Below, in pieces: positions 47,434 to 57,926 of a stretch of DNA of 64,000 nt. Position 1 is the stretch's first letter, and each line of letters begins with the position of its first letter. Below the pieces are notes generated by a model, which worked only from the letters and a program-made list of their open reading frames with translations, was not told where the DNA came from and searched no databases. Source of the stretch: an uncultured Verrucomicrobiae bacterium. Lineage in GTDB: Bacteria; Verrucomicrobiota; Verrucomicrobiia; Chthoniobacterales; JAFAMB01. The DNA is taken from NCBI GenBank assembly GCA_963837955.1, contig CAWIPH010000002.1, positions 4,576,001 to 4,640,000 on the forward strand, given 5' to 3'. The translations under genes and the position numbers were made by a program.

Positions 47434-50373
47434 TCAGAACTTCTTCTCGACCGACATGAAGTAGAAGCGACCGTAAGGATTTGTATTCCCAGTGTCGTAG
47501 CCCTGAAACCAGTCGGCTGAGAGCGGCGGCGCGCTGTTAAAGAGGTTGTTAATACCGAAGGAGAAGGTCGTGTTGGCGAGCAAAGTACGCCACCCCCAGG
47601 ATGATCCCTCTGGCTTGGGCGCGATCGCTTTTTCTCCGATCATTCTTTTGCCCTCTTTGTCGTAACCAGGTTTCGGAGTTTCCGGCACCACCTCGGCCGG
47701 TGCTCCAAATTTGTAAGAGACCAACAAATCAAGCGTCGTCCAGCTACCGATCTGGTGGACACGGCCACCGGGGTCGAGACCTGCCAACGCGTTCGTGCCA
47801 AAACTATTATCGTTAATGTCATGCTCGGAGTCCCAATAGTTGACCGTCAACCCGGTCCGGAAAGTGTCGACCCCAAACACCGTCTTTGAGTAGAAAGCGC
47901 TGGCAACACTCTTGAAATCGGGAAAGCCGTAAGCGGAGGTCGTATCCACGACTTCGAAGGCCGGTGCATTACCATTGGCCCTGGCAATGACCGCCTTACT
48001 AGAAGAGTGCGCGTAGTAGGTGGCGTTCGCTTCTAGGTCGAGCTTGCCCCAGCAGTATTCCTTGGTGATGTAACTAAAGCCGAAATCGAAGCCGTCATTG
48101 GTGGATTCGCCAACGTTATTAAATGTGGCATTGACGACCTGGATTTGGCCGGCGCCGTTACGGATGACTGCACCGGGCGGAGCGAAGCCCCCGAGGTCGA
48201 CCAACGTTTGAGCCGTGAGGTTACCGATCAGGTTACGGATATAGATCTGGAACCAATCGACATAGGCCGTAAAACCGTTGGCCCAACCCCACCAACTGTG
48301 TTCCGGATCGCTTGATCCGGGGCTCCAAACTGCTCCGGCGAAATAGCTATAGGAATTTTCGGGTTTCAGGCGGGTGTTACCCCCAGTGAAAGTGATGATC
48401 GTGACGGTTTTATTGCCGTTTTGCGGATCGACGACCTGGGTCTGGGCTCCAATTGGAGCGCCAAACAGTTCGGCCAGGGAAGGAGCCGCGAACCCTTCAT
48501 CATAGCTAGCGCGCAGGGTTAGGTCGTTAAACGGTTTGTAGGCAAGCGCAAATTTGGGTTTCGCCGCGCTCCCGAAGGTGCTGTAGTCGTCATACCGTTC
48601 TTGAATGCTTAGCTGGAGTGATCGCGCTCCGGGCCAGGACCATTTGTCGCCCAGCAAAGGAATCTCCAAGTCAACAAAGCCGCTGTGAACCCAACGTCGC
48701 GCGGTCGTTAGCGGGCCCGGCGAAAAGTCGTTCGAAGTAATGTTCGCGAATTTACTGTCCGGATCCTGGTTGTTGACCAGTTCTTCGCTGCGGTACTCGA
48801 GACCACCGGCAACCGTAACCGGTCCGGAACATAGGTCGATCAACGTGCCGCCACCCGAGAGATGCCAAGTGAGCACGCTGGTGCGCACGTCTTCCCATTG
48901 GATCGTTCTTAAGGGGCCATAGAACTGCTGGTTGAAGTTGCCGGCAAACCGTTCATCGATGAACGGATTGAAGAACTGGCCGATATGACCCGGCAATTGT
49001 CCGGCCAGCGCCTGACTGAGTCTTTGCTTGTTCGTGGCGTTGTAGACGTATTGGGTGCCGTCGCTTTCTCCGTACTGGAAGTTGGCGTCAATCACCCAAC
49101 CGTGCGGCAGCTGGAGAGTCGCGCCCGCCACGTTGCGGATCGTTCGGATAGTCACGGTCGACTTCCACGCACCCATTTCCGGGAGATACATACCACCCGG
49201 AAAAGCAATTTGCACCGGCTCACCGGTCTTATTCCAGGGACTCGTTGTCGGGACAATCAGTGGCGCAAAACCGTTCACGTCGAAGCCGGCAAACCCTTGG
49301 TTCGGTGTTTGAGCGCTTTCTTCGTTCCGCTGAATGAACAGCTGATCATAGAATCTCAGGTTCTGAGTCACATCCAGATTGACCTTAACCATGCCACCAT
49401 AGCGGGTTTCCCGAGGCAAAATCTGCCAATATTGCGGTGAGTAGTTGAGGTTAACCGGTACGTTGGCGTTCTTCGCTGTGAGGAAACCGTTAGCCGGTCT
49501 GGTCCCTTTCAATACCGTGTAAACGGTACCGGTGTTTTGGCCTACGAAAGAACCAGCTGTGTCTTCGAGGAAAGAAAGTGCAGGATAGGCGGGAGACAAA
49601 ACGCTATGGTCGGGATTGGCGGAGTAGGGACGATCCGCGGCATCAATCGGACCTTGTTCGAAGTAATCGAAGGTTGCCACGATGCTGAGCTTTGAATCGT
49701 CACTCCATAGTTTGTGACTAACGCCAGCCACCAGCGAACCGTGATAGGTTTCGGCATCGCCATGTTCGCTAATCCCCCAGTATTGATAGATATCAGCGCC
49801 ATTATACTCGTCTTTGGTGATGATATTGACGACACCAGCGATGGCGTCCGAACCGTAAACGGCGCTACCGCCATCATTCAGGATTTCAATCCGATCAACG
49901 GAAGCCAACGGAATCGAGTTGATATCGATGAAGCTGGAAACACCGGAGGTCGACACCTGCGGGAACGGGAATGCGGGGAACCGCTTACCGTCGACCAACA
50001 CCAGAGAGAATTGGGGTGGCAAACCGTGCAGGCTGATCGAGGACGAGGCCGGAGAAAAGCTGTTGCCACTGGTGGTGGTCGGCGAAAAATTGCCTTCCGT
50101 CGACGGTAAACGCTGCAGTACGTCGGTGATGGTTTGATCACCTTGCTTCGTAATAAAATCTTGGTCGAGAGTCGTAACCGGCTGCGGACCTTCCCCGACC
50201 CGCGGGAGGATGTAACCGGTAACGGTGATTTGCTGCAATTGGCCACCTTGCGCGTTTACACCTGTCGGATTTGGGCCGGGCGTAGGCGCCTGAGCGTACA
50301 CGCTCGCTCCAAAGATCACGGCTATAGCCAGTTCGGCCGCACAGGCCAAACCAATGTCTCTTAGTCTTATCAT
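47434..50373 (-). CDS. TonB-dependent receptor, paralog 2 (closest to paralog 1)
   Basis: Same motifs as paralog 1; start reassigned to ATG 50373 from the RBS GGAGAA and paralog alignment. Confidence 0.95.
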   Translation of the reverse strand: MIRLRDIGLACAAELAIAVIFGASVYAQAPTPGPNPTGVNAQGGQLQQITVTGYILPRVGEGPQPVTTLDQDFITKQGDQTITDVLQRLPSTEGNFSPTTTSGNSFSPASSSISLHGLPPQFSLVLVDGKRFPAFPFPQVSTSGVSSFIDINSIPLASVDRIEILNDGGSAVYGSDAIAGVVNIITKDEYNGADIYQYWGISEHGDAETYHGSLVAGVSHKLWSDDSKLSIVATFDYFEQGPIDAADRPYSANPDHSVLSPAYPALSFLEDTAGSFVGQNTGTVYTVLKGTRPANGFLTAKNANVPVNLNYSPQYWQILPRETRYGGMVKVNLDVTQNLRFYDQLFIQRNEESAQTPNQGFAGFDVNGFAPLIVPTTSPWNKTGEPVQIAFPGGMYLPEMGAWKSTVTIRTIRNVAGATLQLPHGWVIDANFQYGESDGTQYVYNATNKQRLSQALAGQLPGHIGQFFNPFIDERFAGNFNQQFYGPLRTIQWEDVRTSVLTWHLSGGGTLIDLCSGPVTVAGGLEYRSEELVNNQDPDSKFANITSNDFSPGPLTTARRWVHSGFVDLEIPLLGDKWSWPGARSLQLSIQERYDDYSTFGSAAKPKFALAYKPFNDLTLRASYDEGFAAPSLAELFGAPIGAQTQVVDPQNGNKTVTIITFTGGNTRLKPENSYSYFAGAVWSPGSSDPEHSWWGWANGFTAYVDWFQIYIRNLIGNLTAQTLVDLGGFAPPGAVIRNGAGQIQVVNATFNNVGESTNDGFDFGFSYITKEYCWGKLDLEANATYYAHSSSKAVIARANGNAPAFEVVDTTSAYGFPDFKSVASAFYSKTVFGVDTFRTGLTVNYWDSEHDINDNSFGTNALAGLDPGGRVHQIGSWTTLDLLVSYKFGAPAEVVPETPKPGYDKEGKRMIGEKAIAPKPEGSSWGWRTLLANTTFSFGINNLFNSAPPLSADWFQGYDTGNTNPYGRFYFMSVEKKF

Positions 50374-50617
50374 TTCTCCCTGGTTTGTTGAGAGGTGACC
50401 CGAATTTCTCGTTCCGCCTCTGTTTTTAAATGGGTGCTTCGGCACTAGGATAGGTTCATGCCGGAAAACGCCCCGGTTGAATGAGATACCGGGGTTTCGC
50501 CCAGACTCCCTTTTTGCCCAACGCCCTTAAGCTAATTGAGGGTTTTGTGAGAAAATCGTTACCGGGTCAAGAAAAAGACGCAAAATTTTTGAACAATTGC
50601 GATAATCGAATGTCAAT
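50374..50617 (-). promoter_or_regulatory. conserved TBDR upstream module, copy 2
   Basis: Same boxes and spacing as copy 1. Confidence 0.7.
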
Positions 50618-50805
50618 CACTCGATTTTGGTCATTTCCGTGGTGCAACTCCCTTTGCATCCTACGACAACGGAAAACAAATAACTGATGCAATTCGGGAT
50701 CGATTAGAATCCAGAGTCGCTATATATCCTGCCCGGAAAGCGGTAATCGAAGCTCTTCGACCTGAGTCGCTCGCGTGAGCGTTCGCCATGAGCTGAATGA
50801 ACCAC

Positions 50806-50836
50806 AAAAAAACGCAGGATCCGTGTCGATCCTGCG
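50806..50836 (-). terminator. intrinsic terminator of TBDR3
   Basis: CGCAGGATC/GATCCTGCG stem identical to the TBDR2 terminator, plus 7-U tract. Confidence 0.85.
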
Positions 50837-50865
50837 CTTTCTGAGCAAATCTGGAAACTCGTTCC

Positions 50866-53754
50866 TTAGAACTTCTTCTCAATCTCAACGTAGAAATAAC
50901 GCTGGAACGGAGTGGTGTGCGCGGTGTCAAAGCCGACAGTGGTGTTGGCGTCGGCGAACGGGGGGCGAGTATCAAAGATATTGTTAATGCCAAAGGTTAA
51001 CTTTGTGCCGCCTAACCATCTGCGCCAGCCCTCGTTGCAGCCCTCTGGTTTGGGAGCAATGGCTTTTTCTCCAACGAGGCGCTTGCCGTCTTTGTCATAA
51101 CCGGGTTTCGGTGTCTCCGGCACGATCTCGGCAAATTTTCCAACCTCATAACTGATCTGCCAGTCGAACGTCGTCCAACTCCCGATAACATGCGCGTTGG
51201 GTAAGCCAGTTGCGGCGACGAACTCTTGCAGAGTTAAGCCGAAGGCGCGGGGATCGTTTATATCATGTTCCGAGTCCAGGTAGTTTAGCGTCAGCCCGGT
51301 TCTGAAGGTGTCGCATCCAAAGACGGTTTTGGAGTAAAAGGCGCTCGCAACCATCCGGAAATCCGGACCGGTATAGATGCTGCCCCCCAGCGAGTCGGTA
51401 ACGTTGAAGACCTGTCCGCCCGGTTGGTCCTGCTCGCTGACATGATAGAGATACGAGGCATTGACCTCGAGGTCTAGCTTGCCCCAGCTAAACTCCTTGG
51501 TGACATAGCTCGCACCAAAATCGACCGCGTCCACGCGTTCCGCGCCGAGGTTCTGGAACGGGGTTAATACTGTGACGATGGCCCCGCCTGTGCCCCGAAT
51601 TACTAAATTCGGATTGGTGGCTTCGTTATTAACGATAAATTGAATGCTTGGCGGTTGGATCACGTTGCGGCGCGAAATTTCAATCCAATCAACATAAGCG
51701 GTAAAGCCATTGAGCCAGCCCCACCAGCTGTGTTCGGGATCGGCCGCACCGGGAGTCCAGACCGCGCCGGCATAATAACTGTAACCGGTTTCCGGATGGA
51801 GATGCGGGTTGCCAGACTGCAACTGTTGCACCTGATAGCTCGTGCCTAGTTTCGGATCGCTGATGAATTGAAAGCCGGTTATAGTGCCCGAAAAAAGTTC
51901 CGGAAGCGAAGGCGCCCGGAAGCTTTCTGAGTAGCTGGCTCGAAATGTCAGGTCGTCGAAGGGCTTGTAACGGATCGCGAATTTCGGTTTCGCGGCGGAA
52001 CCGAAGGTGCTGTAATCATCGTAGCGCTCTGAAATATCCAACTCCAAGGCGCGAGCGCCTGGCCAGGACCACTTCTCGCCCAAAAGGGGGATGATGATCT
52101 GACCGTAGACGCTTTTGACGTAATCTTTACCGGCTGCGTTCGATGACTGGCCGAACGAGGTAAGGTTGTGGGAGTTGTAGTTTGGGTCCAGCACCGAAAT
52201 ATAACTTTCCGACCGGTACTCGGCGCCACCGCCGACCGTAACTGGTCCAGAGCAAAGATAGAAAAGATCGCCTCCGCCGCGGATCGACCATTGTGTCAGG
52301 TCAGTCCGTGCCATTTGGTGAGGATTGTAACGTAGAGCGCTTATGAATTGGCTATTCGGATTAGCATTGGCGTCAATAAACGGGTTATAGAACTGTCCGA
52401 CAAAACCAGGCAGAGTTCCCGAAAGAGCCTGGTTGAGACGACTGTTCAGGGTAAAGTTGGAATTGTTTTGTTCAGCGTCGCTCTCGGCGTAAAGGAAGCT
52501 GGCGTCGACATACCAGTTTTGGGGGAGTTGGATCAAGCGCACGCCCGCTATATTGCGATAGGTGTCGATTTCTGCCACGTCTTTGCGTTGGCCCAATTGC
52601 AGCAATCGGCCACGCCACTGGAGAGGTTCACCGAAAGGATTGAAGGGATTGTTGGCCGGAACCGTTACGTTATCAGTTTCGGAAATAGGTAGGGCGGTAA
52701 AACTGCTATTCTCTTTGCTGTGTTCGTACAAAAACTCGTCATAGACTTGTACATATTTGAGCGGCTGGAACGTAATCTTGTCGTAGGTGGCAAACCGTTG
52801 TTCGCGGGGGATAATTTGCAAGCCCGGAATGGTCTGGTAGTGGTTCAGTCCTCCGTTGATCACGAAATTGGCCGGCGTAACCGTGGGCCCTAGAGTCCCT
52901 GGGATCAGTGCATAAGAGTTGCCGGTCGTGAGTCCGAAGAAATTGCCGGCTGGAGTTCGGGAAGATCTTAAATCCCTGAAGGTGGGGCCATACTTTGTTT
53001 CGTTGACGTTGTTGGCATACCAGCGGTCCGAAGCGTCGATCGGGGTGGTTTCATCGTAATCAAAGGTCGCTACAATACTAATCTTTGAATCGTCGCTCCA
53101 GAGTTTCTGGGATACCCCAGCGACTAACTGAACGTGGTTTTCTACATAGTCGTCTCGTTGGCTGATGCCAAAATGATAGCTAATGTCTGCCCCGTTATAT
53201 TCGTCTTTCAGAATAACATTGACCACCCCGGCGATCGCGTCCGATCCGTAGAGGGAACTCGCGCCATCCTTTAGGATTTCGATTCGATCGACTGCCGCCA
53301 GCGGGATAGTATTAAGATCGACAAACGGTTCGAAGCCGTTCTGCGGAAAAGGAAACAGAGTCTGTCGATAGCCGTCGATGAGAACAAGCGTCGTACCGAA
53401 GCCTAGGCCATAAAGGTTCACTTCGGAACCAGCTGGCGAGAAGCTAGCACCAGCGTTCACCAGCGGGGTGAATGCGCCAACGTTCTGCGGCAATTTTTGG
53501 AGTACATCGGAGACTGTCTGATCGCCCTGTTTCTGGATGAAGTCCTGGTTAAGCGTATGGACCGGTTGGGTACCATCACCGACACGAGGCGCTACATAAC
53601 CGGTCACCGTTATCTGCTGAAGTTCGCCTCCTCCTTGATTAGGAAGGGTACTGGGTGAAGTCGCTGGGGTTTGCGCAAATGCGCTGCTTCCCAGCGTAAT
53701 GGTCATCGCTAGTTCGGCGGCCAAGGCCAAACCAAAATGTTGCAATTTACTCAT
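50866..53754 (-). CDS. TonB-dependent receptor, paralog 3
   Basis: QITVTG, plug motifs, GINNIFD, terminal EKKF. Confidence 0.95.
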   Translation of the reverse strand: MSKLQHFGLALAAELAMTITLGSSAFAQTPATSPSTLPNQGGGELQQITVTGYVAPRVGDGTQPVHTLNQDFIQKQGDQTVSDVLQKLPQNVGAFTPLVNAGASFSPAGSEVNLYGLGFGTTLVLIDGYRQTLFPFPQNGFEPFVDLNTIPLAAVDRIEILKDGASSLYGSDAIAGVVNVILKDEYNGADISYHFGISQRDDYVENHVQLVAGVSQKLWSDDSKISIVATFDYDETTPIDASDRWYANNVNETKYGPTFRDLRSSRTPAGNFFGLTTGNSYALIPGTLGPTVTPANFVINGGLNHYQTIPGLQIIPREQRFATYDKITFQPLKYVQVYDEFLYEHSKENSSFTALPISETDNVTVPANNPFNPFGEPLQWRGRLLQLGQRKDVAEIDTYRNIAGVRLIQLPQNWYVDASFLYAESDAEQNNSNFTLNSRLNQALSGTLPGFVGQFYNPFIDANANPNSQFISALRYNPHQMARTDLTQWSIRGGGDLFYLCSGPVTVGGGAEYRSESYISVLDPNYNSHNLTSFGQSSNAAGKDYVKSVYGQIIIPLLGEKWSWPGARALELDISERYDDYSTFGSAAKPKFAIRYKPFDDLTFRASYSESFRAPSLPELFSGTITGFQFISDPKLGTSYQVQQLQSGNPHLHPETGYSYYAGAVWTPGAADPEHSWWGWLNGFTAYVDWIEISRRNVIQPPSIQFIVNNEATNPNLVIRGTGGAIVTVLTPFQNLGAERVDAVDFGASYVTKEFSWGKLDLEVNASYLYHVSEQDQPGGQVFNVTDSLGGSIYTGPDFRMVASAFYSKTVFGCDTFRTGLTLNYLDSEHDINDPRAFGLTLQEFVAATGLPNAHVIGSWTTFDWQISYEVGKFAEIVPETPKPGYDKDGKRLVGEKAIAPKPEGCNEGWRRWLGGTKLTFGINNIFDTRPPFADANTTVGFDTAHTTPFQRYFYVEIEKKF

Positions 53755-53967
53755 TTCTCCTCGGTTTCTATTCTTCGGTATCGGATTCTCTCTTCCGATC
53801 CATTCTTTAAGAAAGTGCTGCGCGGTTTGGTTAAGGTGACGCCGGAAAACCGAGCGTCGTCCTTGCCTAACGCCTTCAGGCTAATCGACGTTATCGTAAA
53901 AAAATCGGCACTTGGTCAAGAATAAGTCTTAAAGTTTATTGGACAATTCGAGTAGTCGGATGTCGCG
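53755..53967 (-). promoter_or_regulatory. conserved TBDR upstream module, copy 3
   Basis: CTTGACC-N15-TACGAT, GCCTGA-AGGCG-TTAGGC hairpin, TTTTCCGGC, CTTAACC. Confidence 0.7.
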
Positions 53968-54412
53968 TTCGTTTCTTGGAAATCGGCGGGCTGTGCCGAG
54001 AGTTGTCTTCGGGTGATTTCGCGCCGTTGGGAGTAAATACAGCCCCGAAAACCGTTGCTTCTTTCCTCGGAAGGGCCCCGAGGCCCCTGTCCGGAGTTGG
54101 TTATTTTTTGGCACGGCGGTGCTTCATGTGGTCGTTACCTTTGAGTCCATGATTTTTGATTTGGTTGTTTGCCGGTCCGGCAGATGATCAGGTCATCCGT
54201 CAATCGACTCGACGAATGAGCCGGCTCATTTCGGACAGGATAGGAGAAATTTTTCTGCGAAGTCTGAAGGTTTTTTGAACGATTCGGGCAGTCAGATGCC
54301 ACGTTACTTTTGGTAATCGGGGGACTGCGCCGAGCGTTATCTTCGAGCGATTTCGCGCCGATGGGAGTAAATAGAGGCCGAAAACCGTTGCTTCTTCCGC
54401 CGGAAAGACCCG
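53924..54412. repeat. ~150-bp imperfect direct duplication (53924-54080 / 54260-54412)
   Basis: Shared GATTTCGCGCCG.TGGGAGTAAATA...CCGAAAACCGTTGCTTCTT. Confidence 0.75.
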
Positions 54413-54597
54413 GCGTTTTCCGGAGTGTTTCCTTAAGCCGGAAAGAGCAATTTATTGAATAGCAAGAACCAATGCGGCGGCGTGAAGAAGCACCTCTCTA
54501 GCGCTGGTGCGTCACGGATAAGGCTATTGCTGGAAAACGGCCCGGCGCAGTTGGCGGCCTTTCCCGGCTCTTCGGACTTTCAGCGTAAGCTGAAAAG

Positions 54598-57492
54598 CTA
54601 GAACTTTTTCTCTACCTCCACGTAGAAGAATCGCTGGACCGGGCTCGCATTGGACGTGTCGTAACCTTGATACCAGTCAGACGAAAAGGGTGGAGGAGAG
54701 TCGAAGACGTTATTGATACCGAAGGTGAACGTGGTGTTAGCGAGCAGCGTTCGCCAGCCCCAGGAGGAACCTTCCGGTTTCGGCGCTATCGCTTTTTCGC
54801 CAACTACTCTCTTACCCTCCTTATCATACCCAGGCTTGGGCGTTTCTGGAGTAACCGCCGCCGGCGCACCAAATTGATACGAGATCTGCCAGTCGAACGT
54901 CGTCCAGCTGCCGATGAGATGAACATAATTTGTACCGGGAACATCGGAGCTGAAGTTCGCGACTGTACCTTTGAAGTTGTCATTGGAATCATGTTGCGAG
55001 TCGACATAGTGGAGAGTCACACCCGCACGGAACGTATCGACTCCAAACAACGTTTTTGAATAGAAAAAGCTGGCCAACGCCTTGAAATCAGGAGTCCCGA
55101 AGGAGTCCGTCTCATCCCACAATGTGAAATGCGGTGTACCGTCAGCATTGGCGCCGACGAACTGTTTGAAAGTGAAACTATAGATATAGTTCGCGTTGAA
55201 CTCCAGGTCGAGCTTGCCCCACGGGTATTCCTTCGTCACGTAAGTAAACCCGAATTCAATGCCGTCAGTCAAACGCCCGCCGATGTTTTCGTACGTGCTG
55301 TTGACGCGGGTAATCGTTCCGGCAGGATTTCGAATCACTGCGCCAGGAAAACTGGCTTCCAGATTAACCACGTCCTGAGCTGTAAGGTTCCCAATGATAT
55401 TGCGTTGGGTAATTTCGTACCAATCCATATAGGCCGAAAAGCCGTTCGCCCAGCCCCACCAACTATGATCTGGATCGGTCGAACCGGGATTCCAGACGGC
55501 ACCGACATAATAACTATAGGCCGTTTCGGGCTTCAGGTTTGGGTTCCCGCTCACAAAATTCACGATCGGGACACCAGTTTGGCCCGTCTTAGGGTCATTG
55601 ACGCTAGTCTCTCCCGGAATAGGAGTGCCGAAAAGGTCGGCCAGCGAAGGGGCAGAGAAACCCTCGGAATAGGTTGCTCGAAAGGTCAAATCAATAAATG
55701 GCTTGTAGCGGACCGCGAACTTGGGCTTGGCCGCGCTGCCGAAATCGGAATATTGATCGTAGCGTTCCGAAATTGCCACATCGAGATTTCTTAAGCCTGG
55801 CCAGGACCATTTTTGGCCAAGGATCGGGATATCGATTTCTCCGAACGCGCTATAGATATAACGGCGCCCGCTCGGTTGCTTGCCGGGGCTTTGGAAATCG
55901 GCGCCGTTATTAATCTCTTCGGTATGGTCATTAGACTGAACCATCTCTTCACTCCGATATTCGAGGCCGCCTCCCACAGTGAGGGGACCGCTGCACAAAT
56001 CGACCACCGTACCACCTCCATGGATGTTCCAGTTCAGAATATCGGTTCGGTTATCCAATGAGTAATTCGTGCGCAGGGCGTCGTAAAAAGCTCGGTTAGG
56101 GTTACCGGCGACGGATTCATCCACGAACGGATTAAAGAACTGGCCCACGTGTCCCGGGAGCGTGCCGTTGAGCGCGGCTTGCAGAGTGCTGGTGGTAAAA
56201 TTGTTATTAATAATCTGGCTCCCATCGCTTTCGCCATACATGAAGCTGGCGTCGATGACCCAGCCGTGGGGAAGCTGCAGCATCGCACCTGTCACATTTC
56301 GAACCGTGCGGATAATCGAATCGGTACGAAACGGCCCAAACTCCGGCAGGCTTTGGTTGAACCCGCCCGTGGTAAGCGGTATGCCAAAAGGGTTAAACGG
56401 ATTGTTAGCGGGAATCGTCAAATTGACATATATCCCTTGGTTCTGGAACGAGCTCAGTTCCTCGTTACGCTGAACAATGAGGTAATCGTAAAACTTTAGA
56501 TAATCCGTCACATCGAAGTTGACCTTAACCATGCCGCCGTATTTGGATTCACGCGGGACAAGCTGTTGATATAATAGGTTAAAATCGCTGTTGGAACCGC
56601 CGTTTATGATGAAATCGGACGCGGTAGCAATACCTCTGGTACCCGGTAGGAGCGTATATTGGTTGCCGGCCGCATCAAAAAAGGAACCGGCATTAGGGAC
56701 AACATTTGGTGCATCCGGATAGTTTGGGCTAAGGCGACTATGCTGAAGGTTAGCAAAGCTGCGATCCTCCGACATAATCGGACTCGATTCATAGTAATCG
56801 AAGGCTACTACGATGCTCAGTTTGGAGGTATCGCTAAACTTCTTCGAGACTCCCGCGACTAGCGAACCGTGATAGGTCTCGCTATCGCCTCTTTGGCTGA
56901 TGCCGTAGTAGTTGGTAATATCGGCTCCGTTATACTCGTTTTTCAGAATCACGTTGATAACGCCCGCGATAGCGTCTGTTCCATAGGTTGCGCTACCGCC
57001 ATCGTCGAGGATTTCAATTCGATCGACGGCCGCGAGCGGGATCGAGTTGAGATCGACGAAGCTGGTAACGCTGCTGGTAGAGACTTGATTGAATGGAAAA
57101 GCCGGCATGCGGAGGCCATCGACCAGAACCAACGTGTCGTTGGGCGGCAACCCTTTCAGGCTGACCGACGCCGAGGCGGGAGAAAAGCTGAACCCGGTGG
57201 TGGTATTGGGCGCGAAATTACCGACCGCCGAGGGCAAATTCTGGAGAACATCCGTGACAGTCTGGTTGCCGCTCTTTGCGATATAGTCCCGATCCAGCGT
57301 CACCACGGGCTGCGGACCATCACCGACTCGGGGTATGATGTAACCAGTCACGGTAATCTGTTGTAGCGGACCGCCTTGATCGGTTGAATCCGGCGAGGGG
57401 CTGGGCACCTGAGCGCGAATACCTGCCGCAAAGGTAAGCACTAACAATAGTTTAGCGGTAAGCGCCAAACGAAAAAGTTTGGTTTTGTTCAT
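54598..57492 (-). CDS. TonB-dependent receptor, paralog 4
   Basis: QITVTG, plug motifs, GINNVFD, terminal EKKF. Confidence 0.95.
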   Translation of the reverse strand: MNKTKLFRLALTAKLLLVLTFAAGIRAQVPSPSPDSTDQGGPLQQITVTGYIIPRVGDGPQPVVTLDRDYIAKSGNQTVTDVLQNLPSAVGNFAPNTTTGFSFSPASASVSLKGLPPNDTLVLVDGLRMPAFPFNQVSTSSVTSFVDLNSIPLAAVDRIEILDDGGSATYGTDAIAGVINVILKNEYNGADITNYYGISQRGDSETYHGSLVAGVSKKFSDTSKLSIVVAFDYYESSPIMSEDRSFANLQHSRLSPNYPDAPNVVPNAGSFFDAAGNQYTLLPGTRGIATASDFIINGGSNSDFNLLYQQLVPRESKYGGMVKVNFDVTDYLKFYDYLIVQRNEELSSFQNQGIYVNLTIPANNPFNPFGIPLTTGGFNQSLPEFGPFRTDSIIRTVRNVTGAMLQLPHGWVIDASFMYGESDGSQIINNNFTTSTLQAALNGTLPGHVGQFFNPFVDESVAGNPNRAFYDALRTNYSLDNRTDILNWNIHGGGTVVDLCSGPLTVGGGLEYRSEEMVQSNDHTEEINNGADFQSPGKQPSGRRYIYSAFGEIDIPILGQKWSWPGLRNLDVAISERYDQYSDFGSAAKPKFAVRYKPFIDLTFRATYSEGFSAPSLADLFGTPIPGETSVNDPKTGQTGVPIVNFVSGNPNLKPETAYSYYVGAVWNPGSTDPDHSWWGWANGFSAYMDWYEITQRNIIGNLTAQDVVNLEASFPGAVIRNPAGTITRVNSTYENIGGRLTDGIEFGFTYVTKEYPWGKLDLEFNANYIYSFTFKQFVGANADGTPHFTLWDETDSFGTPDFKALASFFYSKTLFGVDTFRAGVTLHYVDSQHDSNDNFKGTVANFSSDVPGTNYVHLIGSWTTFDWQISYQFGAPAAVTPETPKPGYDKEGKRVVGEKAIAPKPEGSSWGWRTLLANTTFTFGINNVFDSPPPFSSDWYQGYDTSNASPVQRFFYVEVEKKF

Positions 57493-57720
57493 CTTGCTCC
57501 TTGGGTTTCAAGCGCAGTTAACTGCACCGAATAGTTAGACTTGCCTCGCCGCCGGTTAAGGACCGAGGTCGGCACGGAAACTAGCATGACTTATGCCAAA
57601 CTTGTTAAGAGGTAAACTCACGCCGTTTTTTGGCAGTTGCTCGGAGGTCCTGTCAGAAATTCGCCGCACGATCAGGAAGATCCGTGAAACTTTTTGAGCA
57701 TCTCTGGTGTTTCTGCGCAG
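57493..57720 (-). promoter_or_regulatory. degenerate TBDR upstream module, copy 4
   Basis: GATGCTCAAAAA, CCTGATC in place of CTTGACC, TTTCCG, CTTAACC, ACCCAAGGAG. Confidence 0.45.
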
Positions 57721-57926
57721 GCATTGAGTTAGGGAGCGCGTCGAGCCCGCAGCGCACTCGGAGCGTCTGCAGTTAAGTTTGACCGGTAAAGGATCCGGAC
57801 TACCTGTCGGAGGCGGAAGAAGACGGTTTCCTGGCTACTTCCCTCCCCCGAGTTTATTGATACCCGCCGGTCGGCTCTACGCGGCTGTCAGAGTATTGGC
57901 TCTCCTGTCGGAGATTCTCTGACGAA

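Noticed and set aside
43847..50373. Assembly artefact duplicating TBDR1/TBDR2
   Set aside because: The copies differ by many synonymous and non-synonymous changes and have distinct terminators and leaders
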